Source: Chiloscyllium plagiosum
Lineage: Eukaryota
Assembly: GCF_004010195.1 (NCBI RefSeq)
Contig: NC_057720.1
Span: 13,361,241 to 13,409,573 of the forward strand
Direction of reading: 5' to 3'
Length of the DNA stretch: 48,333 nt
Part shown: positions 12,545 to 25,180 of the stretch, piece after piece
Numbering within the stretch: the first letter of the stretch is position 1
How the letters are laid out: every line of letters begins with the position of its first letter
Notes under the pieces: generated by a model
Told to the model about the DNA's origin: nothing
The model's database searches: none
Seen by the model: only the letters and a program-made list of their open reading frames with translations
Made by a program: the position numbers and the translations under genes

Positions 12545-13092
12545 ATTTATATAACCTTTCATGAGCTCAGGATGACCCATCTTTAATGCCCATGAAGTGT
12601 AGTCACTGTTGTAAAATTGGTGGTTGGCTGGCCAAGTTATTTTTCGTGATGTTAGGTTAGCGATAAATATTAATCAGGAAATTGTGGAGAACTGTAGCAG
12701 AAACATGGGAACATCATCACGTACAAGTTCCCCTCCAAGCCACTCACCATCCTGACTTGGACATATATCATCGTTCCTTCACTGTCATTGGATCAAAATC
12801 CTGGAGTTCCCTCTCTAAGGGCATTGTGAATCAACCCACAGCACACAGACTGAACTGTTTCAAGAAGGCAGCTCACCACTACCTTCTCAAGGGCAACTAA
12901 GGACAGGCAATGAATACTGGCCCAGCTAGTGATGCCCATGTCGCATAAGTGGATGAAACAAACCTCCCTTGCTCCTTTTTTAACTGATGCTGTGGGATCT
13001 GTTAAACTCATCTGTGAGAGCAGATTTAATGTCTCATCTAAAAGACAGCAAGTCTGACAATGCAGCATTTCCATAGTGCTGCCCTGGACTGA
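12545..13092 (-). mobile_element. DeuSINE (SacSINE1-like), split by a LINE-tail insertion
   Basis: Deu-domain-like atttaatgtctcatctaaaagacagc (reverse gctgtcttttagatgagacattaaat) and tail atttatataacctttcatga. Confidence 0.7.
12694..12960 (+). mobile_element. LINE 3' tail nested in a DeuSINE
   Basis: Same family as 8228-8770. Confidence 0.75.
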
Positions 13093-14197
13093 GGCAAAAT
13101 GCGATTCCCTATTCCCCAGTAATTGGATTCCATTTGTTCTCATCTTGGCTAAGGCACTGATGCTGAATTCAAGTTGTATTTGCAATGTAGCTGCAATGTC
13201 AGTGTGATGTGACATAACTTTACATCAACCTTACAGCTGTAGTGTGAACATTAGCTTCTAACATGGTCTGTCAGCGTGTTTACATCCAGCGTGTACATTC
13301 GATGTCAGGTCAGCTCACTGTGTCTCTACTGCCCAAGTGAAAGTGTCAGTTTCTGTGTCCATGACTCATCTAACAACAGTAGCACAAAACTCAAGCGCAC
13401 TTGGAGCAAACAGGTACACTCGCAGTCTCCTGGATGTTCCTGCTTCTGTTAACCCGCCTCATAGAGTGGACTCTTATAAACATCTTTAATAGATGTAAAA
13501 TATATTTCACACATGTAAGTATCCCCTGTGTGTTTGGTGTAATCTGTCTTTGTTATTAATGACAAATTTGACCAGTGGAAATGGTTGTGGATTGTCATTA
13601 AACTGACAGCAGGGAGCTTGCTTGTGAGCTGTCTTTGACTAAATTGTACCTGAGCAGACCGTTGTTAATGGTTTTCTATAGTCTGTGCCACATAAAGCAG
13701 TTTTCAATTTCTATTGTGTCCTTTTTGGAAAAGGTACAAAACACTTGCACCTATTCCCATGAGGTGGCCTTTCATTTTGTGATTGTACATTAAGGAAAAT
13801 TGGACAGGCTACAGATTTTTAATGGATTTTTCGTGCACTCAAGCGCACATGCCTTTCCATTTGGCTAACATTAACAATGACAACTTGTTAGCTCAGAGGG
13901 TGGTGTTAATATGGAACTTGCTACCTAGAGAGCTTGGGGTTACACAAAAGGTTCAAGGCCTTTTGAATAGATGTATTTAAGGTTAGTGTGGCTCTATCAA
14001 AGAAACCTTCCTTTTCACATTTTCCCAAACATCCTCACCCCTGACATGTAACCAGAACCTGCTCCATCTCCCACTTTTCCTAGTTCTGACATGAGGTCAC
14101 ACTGATGGATGGAATCTCCTGCTCTAGAGGTGGTGAGCTTGGCGGCAGGAAGGGCAGTTTCCTCGTCAGGGCAGTTCCATTGACAAGCCATCACCAG

Positions 14198-14397
14198 GAT
14201 GGCATAGTGGCTAAGTGGTTAGCACTGCTGCCTCACAGTACCAGGGACCTGGGTTCAATTCCACCCTTGGCTGACTGTTGGTGTGTTGTCCCCATATCTG
14301 TGTGGGTTTCTGCCAAGTGCTCTGGCTTCCTCCCACAGTCCAAAGATATGCAAGTTAATAGGATTGGTCATGCTTTACAATTGCCCATAATGTGCAG
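14198..14397 (+). mobile_element. HE1-type SINE 5' part, running into the gap
   Basis: tggctaagtggttagcactgctgcctcacag...gggttcaattcc. Confidence 0.85.
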
Positions 14398-14897
14398 NNN
14401 NNNNNNNNNNNNNNNNNNNNNNNNNNNNNNNNNNNNNNNNNNNNNNNNNNNNNNNNNNNNNNNNNNNNNNNNNNNNNNNNNNNNNNNNNNNNNNNNNNNN
14501 NNNNNNNNNNNNNNNNNNNNNNNNNNNNNNNNNNNNNNNNNNNNNNNNNNNNNNNNNNNNNNNNNNNNNNNNNNNNNNNNNNNNNNNNNNNNNNNNNNNN
14601 NNNNNNNNNNNNNNNNNNNNNNNNNNNNNNNNNNNNNNNNNNNNNNNNNNNNNNNNNNNNNNNNNNNNNNNNNNNNNNNNNNNNNNNNNNNNNNNNNNNN
14701 NNNNNNNNNNNNNNNNNNNNNNNNNNNNNNNNNNNNNNNNNNNNNNNNNNNNNNNNNNNNNNNNNNNNNNNNNNNNNNNNNNNNNNNNNNNNNNNNNNNN
14801 NNNNNNNNNNNNNNNNNNNNNNNNNNNNNNNNNNNNNNNNNNNNNNNNNNNNNNNNNNNNNNNNNNNNNNNNNNNNNNNNNNNNNNNNNNNNNNNNN
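14398..14897. other. Assembly gap (N run, 500 nt)
   Basis: Run of N. Confidence 1.
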
Positions 14898-15310
14898 AAG
14901 GTTGAATAAGCTCGGACTTTACTCTCTGGAGAGAAGGAGGAAGAGAGGAGACCTGATCGAGGTCTATGAAATAATGAGAGGAATAGATAGAGTCAATAGC
15001 CAGAGACTTTTCCCCAGGGCAGGATGGACTGGTATAAGAAGTCATAGTTTGAAGGTATTAGAAGGAAGGTATAAAGGAGACGTCAGAGGTAGGTTCTTTA
15101 TGCAGAGAGCAGTGAATGCATGGAATGCATTACCAGCTGTGGTGGTGGAAGCAGAGTCATTGGGGACATTTAAGCGACTGCTGGACATGAACATGGATAG
15201 CAGTAAGTTGAGGGGTGCATAGGTTAAGTTACTATATTTTACATTAGGATTTAATTTTGGCACAACATCGTGGGCCAAAGGGACTGTACTTTTCTATGTT
15301 CTATGCTCTA
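14898..15310 (+). mobile_element. CR1-type LINE 3' end
   Basis: Peptide RLNKLGLYSLERRRKRGDLIEVYEIMRG...FFMQRAVNAWNALP; tail ttctatgttctatgctcta. Confidence 0.92.
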
Positions 15311-15615
15311 AGATTGGGATTTTCTTTTTAGGAACTAGCTGTGGATGATTGAAAAGTTAATAAAAAGGGAGAAAATTGATTATGAAGCAAAATTGTTAAG
15401 AAATATATTAAAAAAACCAAGAGCTTCTACAAGTAAACTAAAAGTAATTGAGTAGTTTATGTGAGTGTGGGACCAGTAAGAATTTGATTGATGGATGGAT
15501 AATGGTGAACAAAGAAGTGGCAGATAATTTAAACAAATATGTTATATTGTTCTTCACAGTCAAAGACACTATAAACAACCCAAAAATAATGAATTAGCAA
15601 GGCTGTATGGGAAGA

Positions 15616-15700
15616 GAAAGTGAGATGGTGGAGATCAGAGTCAAAAGGTGTGACACTGGAAAAGCGCAGCCGGTCAGGCAGCATCTGAGGAGCAGGAGTG
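15616..15700 (-). mobile_element. PLE family A terminal fragment
   Basis: ctggaaagcgcagccggtcaggcagcatctgaggagcaggag, with possible TSD tatgggaaga/tatgggagga. Confidence 0.7.
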
Positions 15701-16387
15701 GATCTATGGGAGGAAGGATCTTGTAACAGCCTGGATCATAAGGCTCAAAGTATTTGACAAATTAATGTGATGAAATATAAGCAAGTGGCTAGGGCCTGAC
15801 AGTCTGCATCCAAGGGTTTTGAAGGAAGTTACTTCACAAATAGTGGAGGCATTGGTCAAAATATTCCAGAACTCACTGATTCCAGCAGATTGGAAAATCC
15901 CTAATGTGTTGCTCTTGTTCAAGATGGAGTGAGACAAAAAGCAGGAAACTATAGATCAGTTAACTTAACATCTGTCATTGGGAAAATGCTAAAGCTCTTA
16001 TTAAGAAGGAATAGCAGGATATTTAGAAAACTTTAAAGCAATCAAAGAGATTTGATATGAATAAGGGTAAGGGAAGTCATGTTTGACAAATTTGCTAGAG
16101 TTCTTTCTGGATATAACAAGCAGAGTTGATAAAAGGGAACTGGTAGATGTAGAATATTTGGATTTCCAGATGGTATGCAATGAGGTGCTACATTAAAAAG
16201 TTATTGGGGAAAGGGTATTAGCATGATTTGCGGATTGGTTGACCAGTAGAAAACAGAGAGCCAAAATTATTTGGTCTTTTTCAGATTAACAAGATATAAC
16301 TAGTGGATTGCTGCTAGGATCATTTGTTGCACCTCAATTATTTGTGATCTATATTATTGACTTGAAAGAAGGGGAATAGTTTAGTGT

Positions 16388-16732
16388 ATGGTGGCTCAGT
16401 GGTTAGCATTGCTACCTCACAGCACCAGGGACTTGGGTTCAATTCCAGCCTTGGGTGACTGTCTGAATGGAGTTTGCACATTCTCCCTGTGTCTATATAG
16501 AATTCCTCTGGATACTCCAGTTTCCTCATACAATCCAAAGATGTGCTGGTCAGGTGAATTGGCCATACTAAATTGCCCATAGTGTTCAGGGATGTGTGCG
16601 TTAGGTGCATTAGTCAGGGGTAAATATAGGGTTGGGGAATGGGTCTGGGAAGGTTACTCTTCGGAGGGTTGGTGTGGACTTGTTGGGCCAAAGGGCCTGT
16701 TTCTGCACTGTAGGGGAGTTCTGAATTCTATG
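16388..16732 (+). mobile_element. HE1-type SINE
   Basis: A/B boxes, core ggtgaattggccatactaaattgccc, tail gggcctgtttctgcactgtagg. Confidence 0.92.
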
Positions 16733-16896
16733 AAATTGGCTGATGACACTCAATATATGGGAGGGAATGTTGAAGTGAGGACTTAAGGAATTTGAAAGGG
16801 GCTACAGACAGATTGAACAAAAAGTTAGCAGATGGAGTCTAATTTAGGAAAATGAGAGTTCAAGGTAGGAAAAGTTCAAGAGGCACACTATTATTT

Positions 16897-17655
16897 GGGT
16901 CCACGCCCCCCCACCAACCCATTCTCCACTCCCGGCATCTGCCCCTGCCACTGCAGGAATTACAAAACTGCACCCACACCTCCCCCCTCACACGCCCCAA
17001 AGGAGCCTTCCACATCCACCAAAGTTTTACCTGCACATCCACCGATGTCATTTACTGTATCCGTTGCTCCCAATGCAGCCTCCTCTACACTGGGGAGACA
17101 GGATGCCTATGCGCAGAGCACTTCAGAGAACATCTCCGGGACACCCACACCAATCAAACACTTCAACTCCCCCTCCCACTCTGCCAGGGACATACAGGTC
17201 CTGGGCCTCTCCACCGCCACACCCGAACTACCCGACGCCTGGAGGAAGAAAGCCTCATCTTCCACCTCGGGATCCTCCAACCCCATGGCATCAACGTGGA
17301 TTTCACAGGTTTCCTCATTTCCTCTTCCCCCACCTTATCCCAGTTCCAACCTTCCAACTCGGCACCGCCTTCATGACCTGTCCTACCTGTCCATCTTCTT
17401 TTCCACCTACCAGCTCCACCATTCTCTCCGACCTATCACCATCTACGTATCGGACTCTCAGCTACTCCTCCCAGCCCCACAAACCCCCCATTTATCTCAC
17501 CAGTCCTTCAGCTCACAAGCCTCATTCATAATGAGAGGCCTTTGCCCAAAACGTTGATTCTCCTGCTCCTCGGATGCTGCCTGACCGGCTTTGCTTTTCC
17601 AGCACCACTCTCTGAAATCCAATCTCCGGCATCTGCAGTCCTCATTTTCACCTAG
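16897..17655 (+). mobile_element. 5'-truncated Penelope-like element with GIY-YIG endonuclease remnant
   Basis: Peptide FTCTSTDVIYCIRCSQCSLLYTGETG...HFREH...RRLEEESLIFHLGILQPHGIN. Family A 3' end with decayed hammerhead. TSD actattattt at 16887-16896 and 17656-17665. Confidence 0.9.
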
Positions 17656-17879
17656 ACTATTATTTATGTTGAGAGAGACTCCAAAAGGTATAGCATAGAA
17701 GCATCTATGTGTTCTTGTGCAGGTGCAGCAAGTAATTTCAGAAGCGAAATTGAATTTTGGCCTTTATCGTGTAAGAGTTGGAGTTTACAAATGAATATCT
17801 AAAAATTTGATACTGGTGAAATCAAACACTGAGTACTGTGTGTGTAGCTTTACCAAGTACTAGTTTGTAAAGTGACATG

Positions 17880-18035
17880 AGTTGGCATAGCTCAGTTGCC
17901 TGGGCACCAGTATAGGTCCAATGTCTGCGCCCACTGAGGATACCATAAAGGTCCCACCTTCTCAACCTTGACCGTCATCTGACAAAGTGTGGCTGAACCG
18001 TAGGTTAACTTACCACCAGTTGTCTCTCTCTGACT
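17880..18035 (+). mobile_element. Unnamed short SINE-like repeat (second copy at 20215-20400)
   Basis: ggcatagctcagttg head; gaggataccataaaggtcccaccttctcaacc resembles gaggttaccatgaaggattctccttctcaaac at about 20265. Confidence 0.55.
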
Positions 18036-18384
18036 TTACACTTCCATTACTTAAGAAAGGATTTATTGACATTGGAAACATGCAAAATAAGTTCACTCGG
18101 ATGATTCCCAGGATGAATGGGTTGCCTTATCAAGAACAACTGAACAGATTATGGCTTCATACATTAGAGTTCAGAAGAATAAATGGTGATCTTCCTGAAA
18201 TACAAGATTCTGGGGCGGGGTGGGGGGGGGGCAGACCGGTTGACAAAATGTTGAGAAGACTAGTTTGAGAATCTTGAATAACGATACATAGTTATGGAAT
18301 AAGGGGACACTCACTTAAAACTGAGATGCAAACGAACTTCTCTCAAAGGACAGTGAACATCTGGAATTTTCTATTCCTTCTAAC

Positions 18385-19080
18385 CTGAGGAAGGACATTC
18401 TTGCTATTGAGGGGGTCCAGCGAAGGTGCGCCAGACTGATTTCTGGGATGTCTGGATTAGTGGTGCTGGAAAAGCACAGCAGTTCAGGCAGCATCCGAGG
18501 AGCAGTACTGCTCATTGGATGCTGCCTTAACTGCTGTGCTTTTCCAGCACCACTAATCCAGAATCTGGTTTCCAGCATCTGCAGTCATTGTTTTTACCTA
18601 ATTGATTTCCGGGATGGCAGGACTGACGTGAGGAAAGACTGGATCGACTGGGCTTGTACTCACTGGGATTTGGAAGAATGGGAGGGCGGGGGGGGTGCGG
18701 AATCGCATAGAAATAAATAAAATCCTGTTGGGACTGAACAGACAGATGTGACAAGAATGTTCCCAATGTTGGGGAAGAGTAGAATTAGGGGTCACAGTCT
18801 AAGAATAAGGGGTAAGCCATTCATGTTTTAGATGAGGTAGAATTTCTTCACACAGAGAATTGTGAACCTGTGGAATTCTCTCCCACAGGAAGCTGTTGGG
18901 ACCAGTTCATTAGATTTTTCAAGGGGGAGCTAGACATGGCCCTTGTGGCTATAGGGGCCAAGGGGTATGGAGAGAAAGCGGGAGTGGGCTACTGAGATTG
19001 CATGATCAGCCATGATCATATCGAGTGGTGGTGCAGGCTTGAAGGGCCGATTGGTTTACTCCTGGCCTATTTTATGTTTC
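18385..19080 (+). mobile_element. CR1 LINE 3' end, split by a family A palindrome
   Basis: ttcttcacacagagaattgtgaacctgtggaattc; 3' UTR gatcagccatgatc...gaagggccga; tail ttttatgtttc. Confidence 0.88.
18451..18600 (+). mobile_element. Family A fold-back palindrome lacking the hammerhead
   Basis: Arms tctggattagtggtgctgg...gagcagt|actgctc...ccagcaccactaatccaga. TSD tgatttc[t/c]gggatg at 18437-18450 and 18603-18616. Confidence 0.88.
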
Positions 19081-19795
19081 CTTGCACAAAAGAAAAGGAT
19101 AGTAAATAATTTCTTCCTGTATGCATCTAGGGAAGGAAAATTTGGAAAGCCCAAAAGGAGAGACATCGGGTCCAACTCAATCTCCGTTCCCAAAATCTTT
19201 GCCGAGACATTTGCTACACTGTCCCAACATCTACGAATCTTATGGCATGTCCACAGACAATGAGTGAGAGTACCAACTTCTATTTTACATTTAGGGTACA
19301 TTGGGGATGCTCCTGCCTTAAACTTTGCAAGTCGCTCTGGTGCCATGTGAGCCCAATGAAATATCTTCAATTGAATAGCCTGAGTTCTATTACAGATGGA
19401 GATCTTCCTAGCATTTTCCCAGATATCCTCCCACATCTCTAAGGAGATTTCCATCCCTAATTCTTGATTCCAGGTTCTATATAACCGTTCCATGTCCTTC
19501 AATACCTTATTACCTAGTGAGTGGTAACGAGTACTGACCGAGGGTGCACCCATTGGCTGAAGCACTCTCCTTTCCATATCTGATTTGTACGGATTAGTCA
19601 TCAATGTGGTCTTTTTTACGTATGAAATCTCGTACTTGAAAATATCAAAAAAGGTCCTTGTTAGGCAACCCCAAACTTCTGACGCAACTGTTCAAAGGAC
19701 ATCATGACCTCCCCATCAAACGGATCTCCAAAACAAGTCTTGCCTCTGGACTCCCAAATTTTAAATCCAGTGTCAGTCAAGCCTGGCTGAAATGA
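19081..19795 (-). mobile_element. L1-clade LINE ORF2 C-terminal fragment
   Basis: Peptide WEDIWENARKISICNRTQAIQLKIFHWAH...PKCKIEVGTLTHCLWTC (zinc-knuckle region). Confidence 0.85.
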
Positions 19796-20214
19796 AAGCA
19801 GTTTTAAAAAAAAAGCAAAATCTATTGAGGCTCTGGTTGGAGTACCCAATGGGTTAATAATGTTCAATTATTTTGGTAAAATATAGTAATGTCTAAACCC
19901 TATCATAAATGTGTGGTAAAATATAACAAAAAGCTGCAGAAAGTGGTAACTCTCTGTAGTCTGAAAAGGGGTGGGGCAAAACATTCACCAAATCACATCA
20001 TGTCATTTTACGAAGTAATTTTACATACTTTGTTTTAAGAAACAGAGAATTTTCCTCATAATTTTAAAACATTACTTTTAATTCTATTTTTGGTTTTTCT
20101 TTGAACTTAAAAAATGTTTCGAGACAATGGAAAATTTGTGTATGTGATAAGGAGGATAGCATACAGACAGAATCTTCCCCAATCTCTTTTGTTTATCCTT
20201 TATTTCCTGCAAGG

Positions 20215-20400
20215 GGTTCAGTTAGCTTAACGATGCAAAGAGATATCAAAAGCATGGTCCAATGAGGTTACCATGAAGGATTCTCCTTCTCAAACATTCC
20301 CCTCACCTGAGGCATGATGACCTTCAGGATAAATCACTGTCAGTTGTTTCTCCCTAATGAGAGGATGCAGCCCTATGGTCTGGCAAGACTGTGGTAACCT
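20215..20400 (+). mobile_element. Unnamed short SINE-like repeat
   Basis: Similar to 17880-18035. Confidence 0.5.
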
Positions 20401-20656
20401 TTTAATCTCCTGGAAACAATTTTCAAAATCTGAATCGAAATTGGATGATGTGCCAAATTTCTTTGCATGTTTTAGGAACAAAGTGCAGATTTTCACAGCA
20501 CAGAACATTTTGTTTCTTATCCTTAGACCAAATCTTTTTGAACCTGTAATTCTTTCAGACCATCCCTTATTTCAGCACTGAATATAAAGAAATGTCCTCC
20601 TCCATAGGGTCAGGATAAGGACATTGGGTAGTGATGTTGGGGCAGCCAAATTCCTG

Positions 20657-20869
20657 GGTAAAAACAATGACTGCAGATGCTGGAAACCAAGTTTAGATTA
20701 GAGTGGTGCTGGAAAAGCACAGCAGTTCAGGCAGCATCCGAGGTGCAGTAAAATCGACGTTTCGGGCAAGAGCCCTTTGAAGGGCTTTTGCCCGAAACGT
20801 CGATTTTACTGCTCCTCGGATGCTGCCTGAACTGCTGTGCTTTTCCAGCACCACTCTAATCTTAACCCC
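20657..20869 (-). mobile_element. Family A fold-back palindrome
   Basis: About 83-bp inverted arms around gccctt-tg-aagggc. Perfect 15-bp TSD gcagccaaattcctg at 20642-20656 and 20870-20884. Confidence 0.93.
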
Positions 20870-21094
20870 GCAGCCAAATTCCTGACTGTTTCCATCATTG
20901 GCTTCCTCATCGTCTTCCCTTGTCTTAATCTCACTTGTGACAGCTGGTGACCTTGTATCTAACTGTGCTGGAGAGTCCATCACCTGTCCTTCTTAGCTCT
21001 TTTGCTTCTCTGTTATAGGTGCATCTTCATTTTGTGTTCATTACACTGGTGAGGGTGAAGCACTTTTAACTCTGCTCCAGCACCGGTATTTTTA

Positions 21095-22480
21095 AAGAGT
21101 CCGTTATCACCTCCTTTACAACCGACTTCAATGTTTTCCCCATTGCTGATGTTAGCCTAACTGATCTGAAATTTCTGGTTTTCTCTCTCCCTCCCTCCTT
21201 TTTCCCATCATGGGATTACATTTACCCCCATCTCATCAGTCATGACTGTTCCAGAATCTACAGAATTTTGGAAGATGACATACAACACATTCTTTATTTC
21301 CATGCCCACCTCCTTTAGTACCCAGTGACGTAGAAGAACAGGTTGTGGAAACTGATACCTTTAATTACCATTAACTATTGTGATTTTTTTAAATATTAAT
21401 TTCCTTCAATTCCTCTACCCAAAATGCTACTGCTCTTCAAATACTTCTGGGAAGATTTTTGCATTTTCTACTGTGAAGACAGAACAAAACTATTTGCTTA
21501 ATTCCTCTGCCATTTGCTCACTCACCATTATCAATTTCCCCATTTCAGACTATGAGGGAATTACATTTGTCTTCACTCGTCTTTTTCTCTTTAGATACTT
21601 AAAGAAGCTCATACAGTCTGTTTTCATGTTCCTTACAAGTTTACTCTCACAGTCTATTTCCCCTCTCCTTACTTAAAGCTCTTGGGCCTCCTTTGTTGAA
21701 TGCTATACTGCTCCCAGTCATCAGGGTTGCTATATTTTTTAGTACCTTTTTACAATTTATTTATGAATCTCCCAATGTCCTTAATTTCCTTTGTTAGCAC
21801 TGCTTGTGTACTTTTCCTACTGTGTTCCTCCACCTGAAAGAAGCACATAACTGAAGCAAAGCATGTATTTGTTCCTTAAATTTTAACCATTGCCTAATTT
21901 TTTTAAATGAAATTACCCAGTCTATTTCAGCCAACTCACCCTCACACCTTTGTTGTTTCCTTTGTTTTGATTTTGGATCCTAGTTTTGGATTGGACTACT
22001 TTACTTTCTATCCCAGTGAAGAATTCTATCAGTTATGGTCACTTTTTGCGAAAGGACCTCCCATATGAAGATTATTAGTTAACCCCTTCTCACTGCACAA
22101 GACCAAATCGAGGATATGCTGTTCTCCAATTAGTTCTTCAAAGTACTGATCTAAGGATCCATGTTGTACAGACTCAAGGAATTCATCCACCAATATCATT
22201 GGACATGTGGTTTGCTCAGTCTATATGTAGATTAAAATCACCCCCGTAGCATACCTTGTTGAATGATTCTTTATTTTCCTGTTTATTGTCATCCCCTGTC
22301 TCTCCACTACTGTTTAGAGACCGACTGACAACTCTCATTAATATTTTCCATCCCTCTGCTTCTTAGCTCCACCCAGACTTGCTATGCCAATATAATTTCT
22401 CACTATTACACTGATTTCATCTTGCATGAACAATGCCACCTCAACAATGCCTATTGCTTGTCCATTGCTAGCTCGATATT
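21095..22480 (-). mobile_element. Old CR1 LINE ORF2 remnant
   Basis: Reverse-strand remnants GDFNL (agattaaaatcacc) and MAEELSK*FCSVFTVE. Confidence 0.7.
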
Positions 22481-22865
22481 TTGTAAAATGGACCCTTCAG
22501 TTTTTATTAATCGATTTGAGACACCAGATGTCAGTGGCCTTGTAGCTTTCATAGCTACAATCTTTAACTTGCTTTTGTCCTTGCTTGTTAGAGCCTATAT
22601 GCATTCTGACATTTTGAGAGAGGTTCAAAGCTTTCTTAGTTAAATTTATGATAAGTTTCAAAAGGAAATTAGGAAGATGTCGGTTCTAATTTCTAACATG
22701 CTGCCTTAGCAAATCAGAGACAACCTGTTTGGTTCAGAATTTAAACAAAACTCGGCAGTTAACTGTCAATTATTATTAACTGGTACATTCTCCATGGCAA
22801 TGACTGCAACAATCACAGTTCATTTGCCAATCAGTCAGTACTCTCCTCTCATGCAGTATGAATAT

Positions 22866-23652
22866 TATAGAATCATAGAATCTCATAGAACAGAAGGAGG
22901 CCATTTGACCTATTGTGTCAGTACTGGCTCCCAAAACAGCCACCCAGTTGTCTCACTCTCTAGCCCTATCTCTGTAGCCTTCTAACTTCATCACTTTCAA
23001 ATACTATCCAGCTCTGTTTTGAAACCTTCTTTTTGTTTTGAATCTGCCTCCACTACTCTCCCAGGCAGCGCATTCCAAATCCTAATAACTCTCTGAGTTA
23101 ACAAAGTTTCTCCTCATCTCATTCATAGCTCTGTTGCTAACAGTATCGAAATTGTGACCCCTAGTTACTGATATACCAACTAATAGATAATGAATATCCT
23201 TTTTTACCCAGTGAAAATTGTTATAATTTTGGATACCTCAATAAAGTCACCTCCTAATCATCTCAGCACCAATGAGAATAAGCCAGATCTCTCTAATTTC
23301 TCCTTGTATCAAAAATCCCTCATTACCAGTATCATTCTAGCAAAGCTCCTTTGAACTCTCTCCAGGGCTTTAACATCCTTCCCTAAATAAGATGCGCAGA
23401 ATTAAGCACAATACTCCAAATGTGGTCTGACCAATGACTTGTAGACGTATAGCATCACTTCCTTGCTTTTAAATTCAATGCCTCTATTCGTACGTCCAAG
23501 GGTCCTATTAGCCTTCTTAACAAATATTTCAACTTGCCTGGCCACCTTCAGAGAATGATGCACATGAACCCCAAGGATGCTCTGCTCCTGTACCCCCCTC
23601 AATGTTGTATCATTGAGCTTGTATTGTCTTTCCATGTTTCTTCTACCCAAAT
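22866..23652 (-). mobile_element. CR1 LINE 3' end
   Basis: Peptide LGVHVHHSLKVARQV...YKSLVRPHLEYCA; tail atagaatcatagaatc. Confidence 0.9.
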
Positions 23653-23673
23653 GATAACTGATATTCCTGTGAA

Positions 23674-23709
23674 TTGTCCTGATGAGAGCTTGGTGAAAAG
23701 GTTTGACAA
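23674..23709 (+). ncRNA. Degenerate hammerhead motif (family D)
   Basis: TTGTC-CTGATGA-gagcttggt-GAAA-aggttt-GACAA. Stem I is 5 bp (TTGTC/GACAA); stems II and III are decayed. Confidence 0.5.
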
Positions 23710-24712
23710 AATGTGCCTTTTTTTAAGCAATGGTCAAGTTCTCTAATAGCAAATAGCTACATCTATTATTGACAAGCTATCAATATCTCACATTTCACTT
23801 CAGTCACTCAATTGCAACAAGTTCAGTTGAAGCTGGGCAATAATGAACTTACCAAATGCCAATAAACAGGATAACTACACAGATGAGTGACTAGAATCCC
23901 TTCAAACGGAGGTAATAAATATTTATATTGCAAAATTCACTTATCCAGATGCAAACAATTTACATCCCATTAGTCTTCAGAGTAACCACTGTTCCCTGAC
24001 ATTTCCATCTGATTGGAATCATTTTAATTTACATCAGTGGATAACTTACTTTGTTACCTAATTAATTTAATTTGGCTTTATTTATCCATTTTCTTTCAAT
24101 GTGCTTCCTGTGGAAAAAAGTTTCATTTTTTTAAGAGACATCTTAAGATACTGGTGCAGGAGCATCAGCCAGTGAGAGCTGTGTGGGGGACATTTGTTGG
24201 GGTGAATGAGGGCAGGAAAAGGAGGTGGAGGGATTGAGATGCAGTTGGGCTGCAACTGGTCTATGACCCCACCCCAGGTCAGTGAGGAGGAGATCTGCTA
24301 GTCTTCCTGTTCCTAATCACACTTGCCTCTGACTGGATGTGTGCCAGCAGGAATAGACTTTGGTGACTCTTTGTGGTTAACAAACTGCTGGGGTAATTTG
24401 CTTATCTCACGAATGAAAAATAGCCAATCAGATGAAGTATCAACGGCCTCATGGTACAACTGTCAGTAAAGATTTGAGGGATCAACACCAACACAAATCA
24501 AAGGGTCACGGGGTTAAATACGTAATTGTTTTGTTCTCTCTTAAAGTCTTGATTATTTACATGTGGCTCAGTAGGTAGCACTTCCCTCACTGAGCTAGAA
24601 AGGCATGGATTCAAGTCTGACCTCAGAGACATGGATCCAGGAACCTAGACTGATATTCCCAGTGAAATGTTCAGGCGATGTTGAAGCTGCTGGCAATCAG
24701 CTGAGATGTTAA

Positions 24713-24805
24713 ATTCCTGATGAAGGGCTCTTGCCCAAAACATTGATTTTCCTGCTCCTCGGATGCTGCCTGACCTGCTGTGCTTTTCCAGCACCACACT
24801 TCTGA
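24713..24805 (+). mobile_element. Family A single arm starting at the hammerhead
   Basis: attcCTGATGAagggctcttgcccaaaacattg...; TSD ctgagatgttaa at 24701-24712 and 24806-24817. Confidence 0.85.
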
Positions 24806-24877
24806 CTGAGATGTTAATTGTTAAACCGAGACGCAGCTTGGAACTGGTTCATTGTTCCATTTGACTCAACATTTTCT

Positions 24878-25180
24878 TTTCATTCAGCCCTGGGCTGTGG
24901 ACATCACTGGCAAGGCCAGCATTATTGCCCACCTCTAATTACCACTGAGAATGTGGCAAGGCACTTCTTGAACCCTGGGAGTTCACACGGTGTAGGTACA
25001 TCCATTGTGCTGTTGTCCGGCAACAGGTGAAGGAATAGCATCATGGTTTCAAGTGAGGATAGGGCATCACTTTGGGGGCAATGTCTAGGTCATGAGGTTC
25101 TGCTCCTTTTACCCCTTTCTTTTAGGTGGTAGTTGCCATGGATTTGGAAGATGCTGTTAAAGATCCTGGGGTTTATAGCA
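24878..25180 (-). mobile_element. LINE 3' tail (same family as 8228-8770)
   Basis: cactggcaaggccagcattattgcccacctctaatt is the reverse of the family tail. Confidence 0.65.

Larger units (their letters stand above)
15330..18380 (+). mobile_element. Old CR1 LINE ORF2 remnant hosting several nested insertions
   Basis: GPDSLHPRVLKE, gggaagtcatgtttgacaaattt (GKSCLTN), LDFQ and KLADDT remnants, collinear across the insertions. Confidence 0.8.
22690..23745 (+). mobile_element. PLE-type family D 3' end, split by the CR1 insertion at 22866-23652
   Basis: Both flanks resemble the reverse complement of 43995-44175; hammerhead-like motif at 23674-23709. Confidence 0.55.

Noticed and set aside
13270..13300. 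TGTTTACA (miR-30-like seed or Forkhead motif)
   Set aside because: No pre-miRNA hairpin or full mature sequence; a single 8-mer is expected by chance.
6660..15222. Longest ORF-track entries (161-276 aa) around the two gaps
   Set aside because: They are long only because they run through N gaps; the real parts are PLE, SINE or CR1 fragments.
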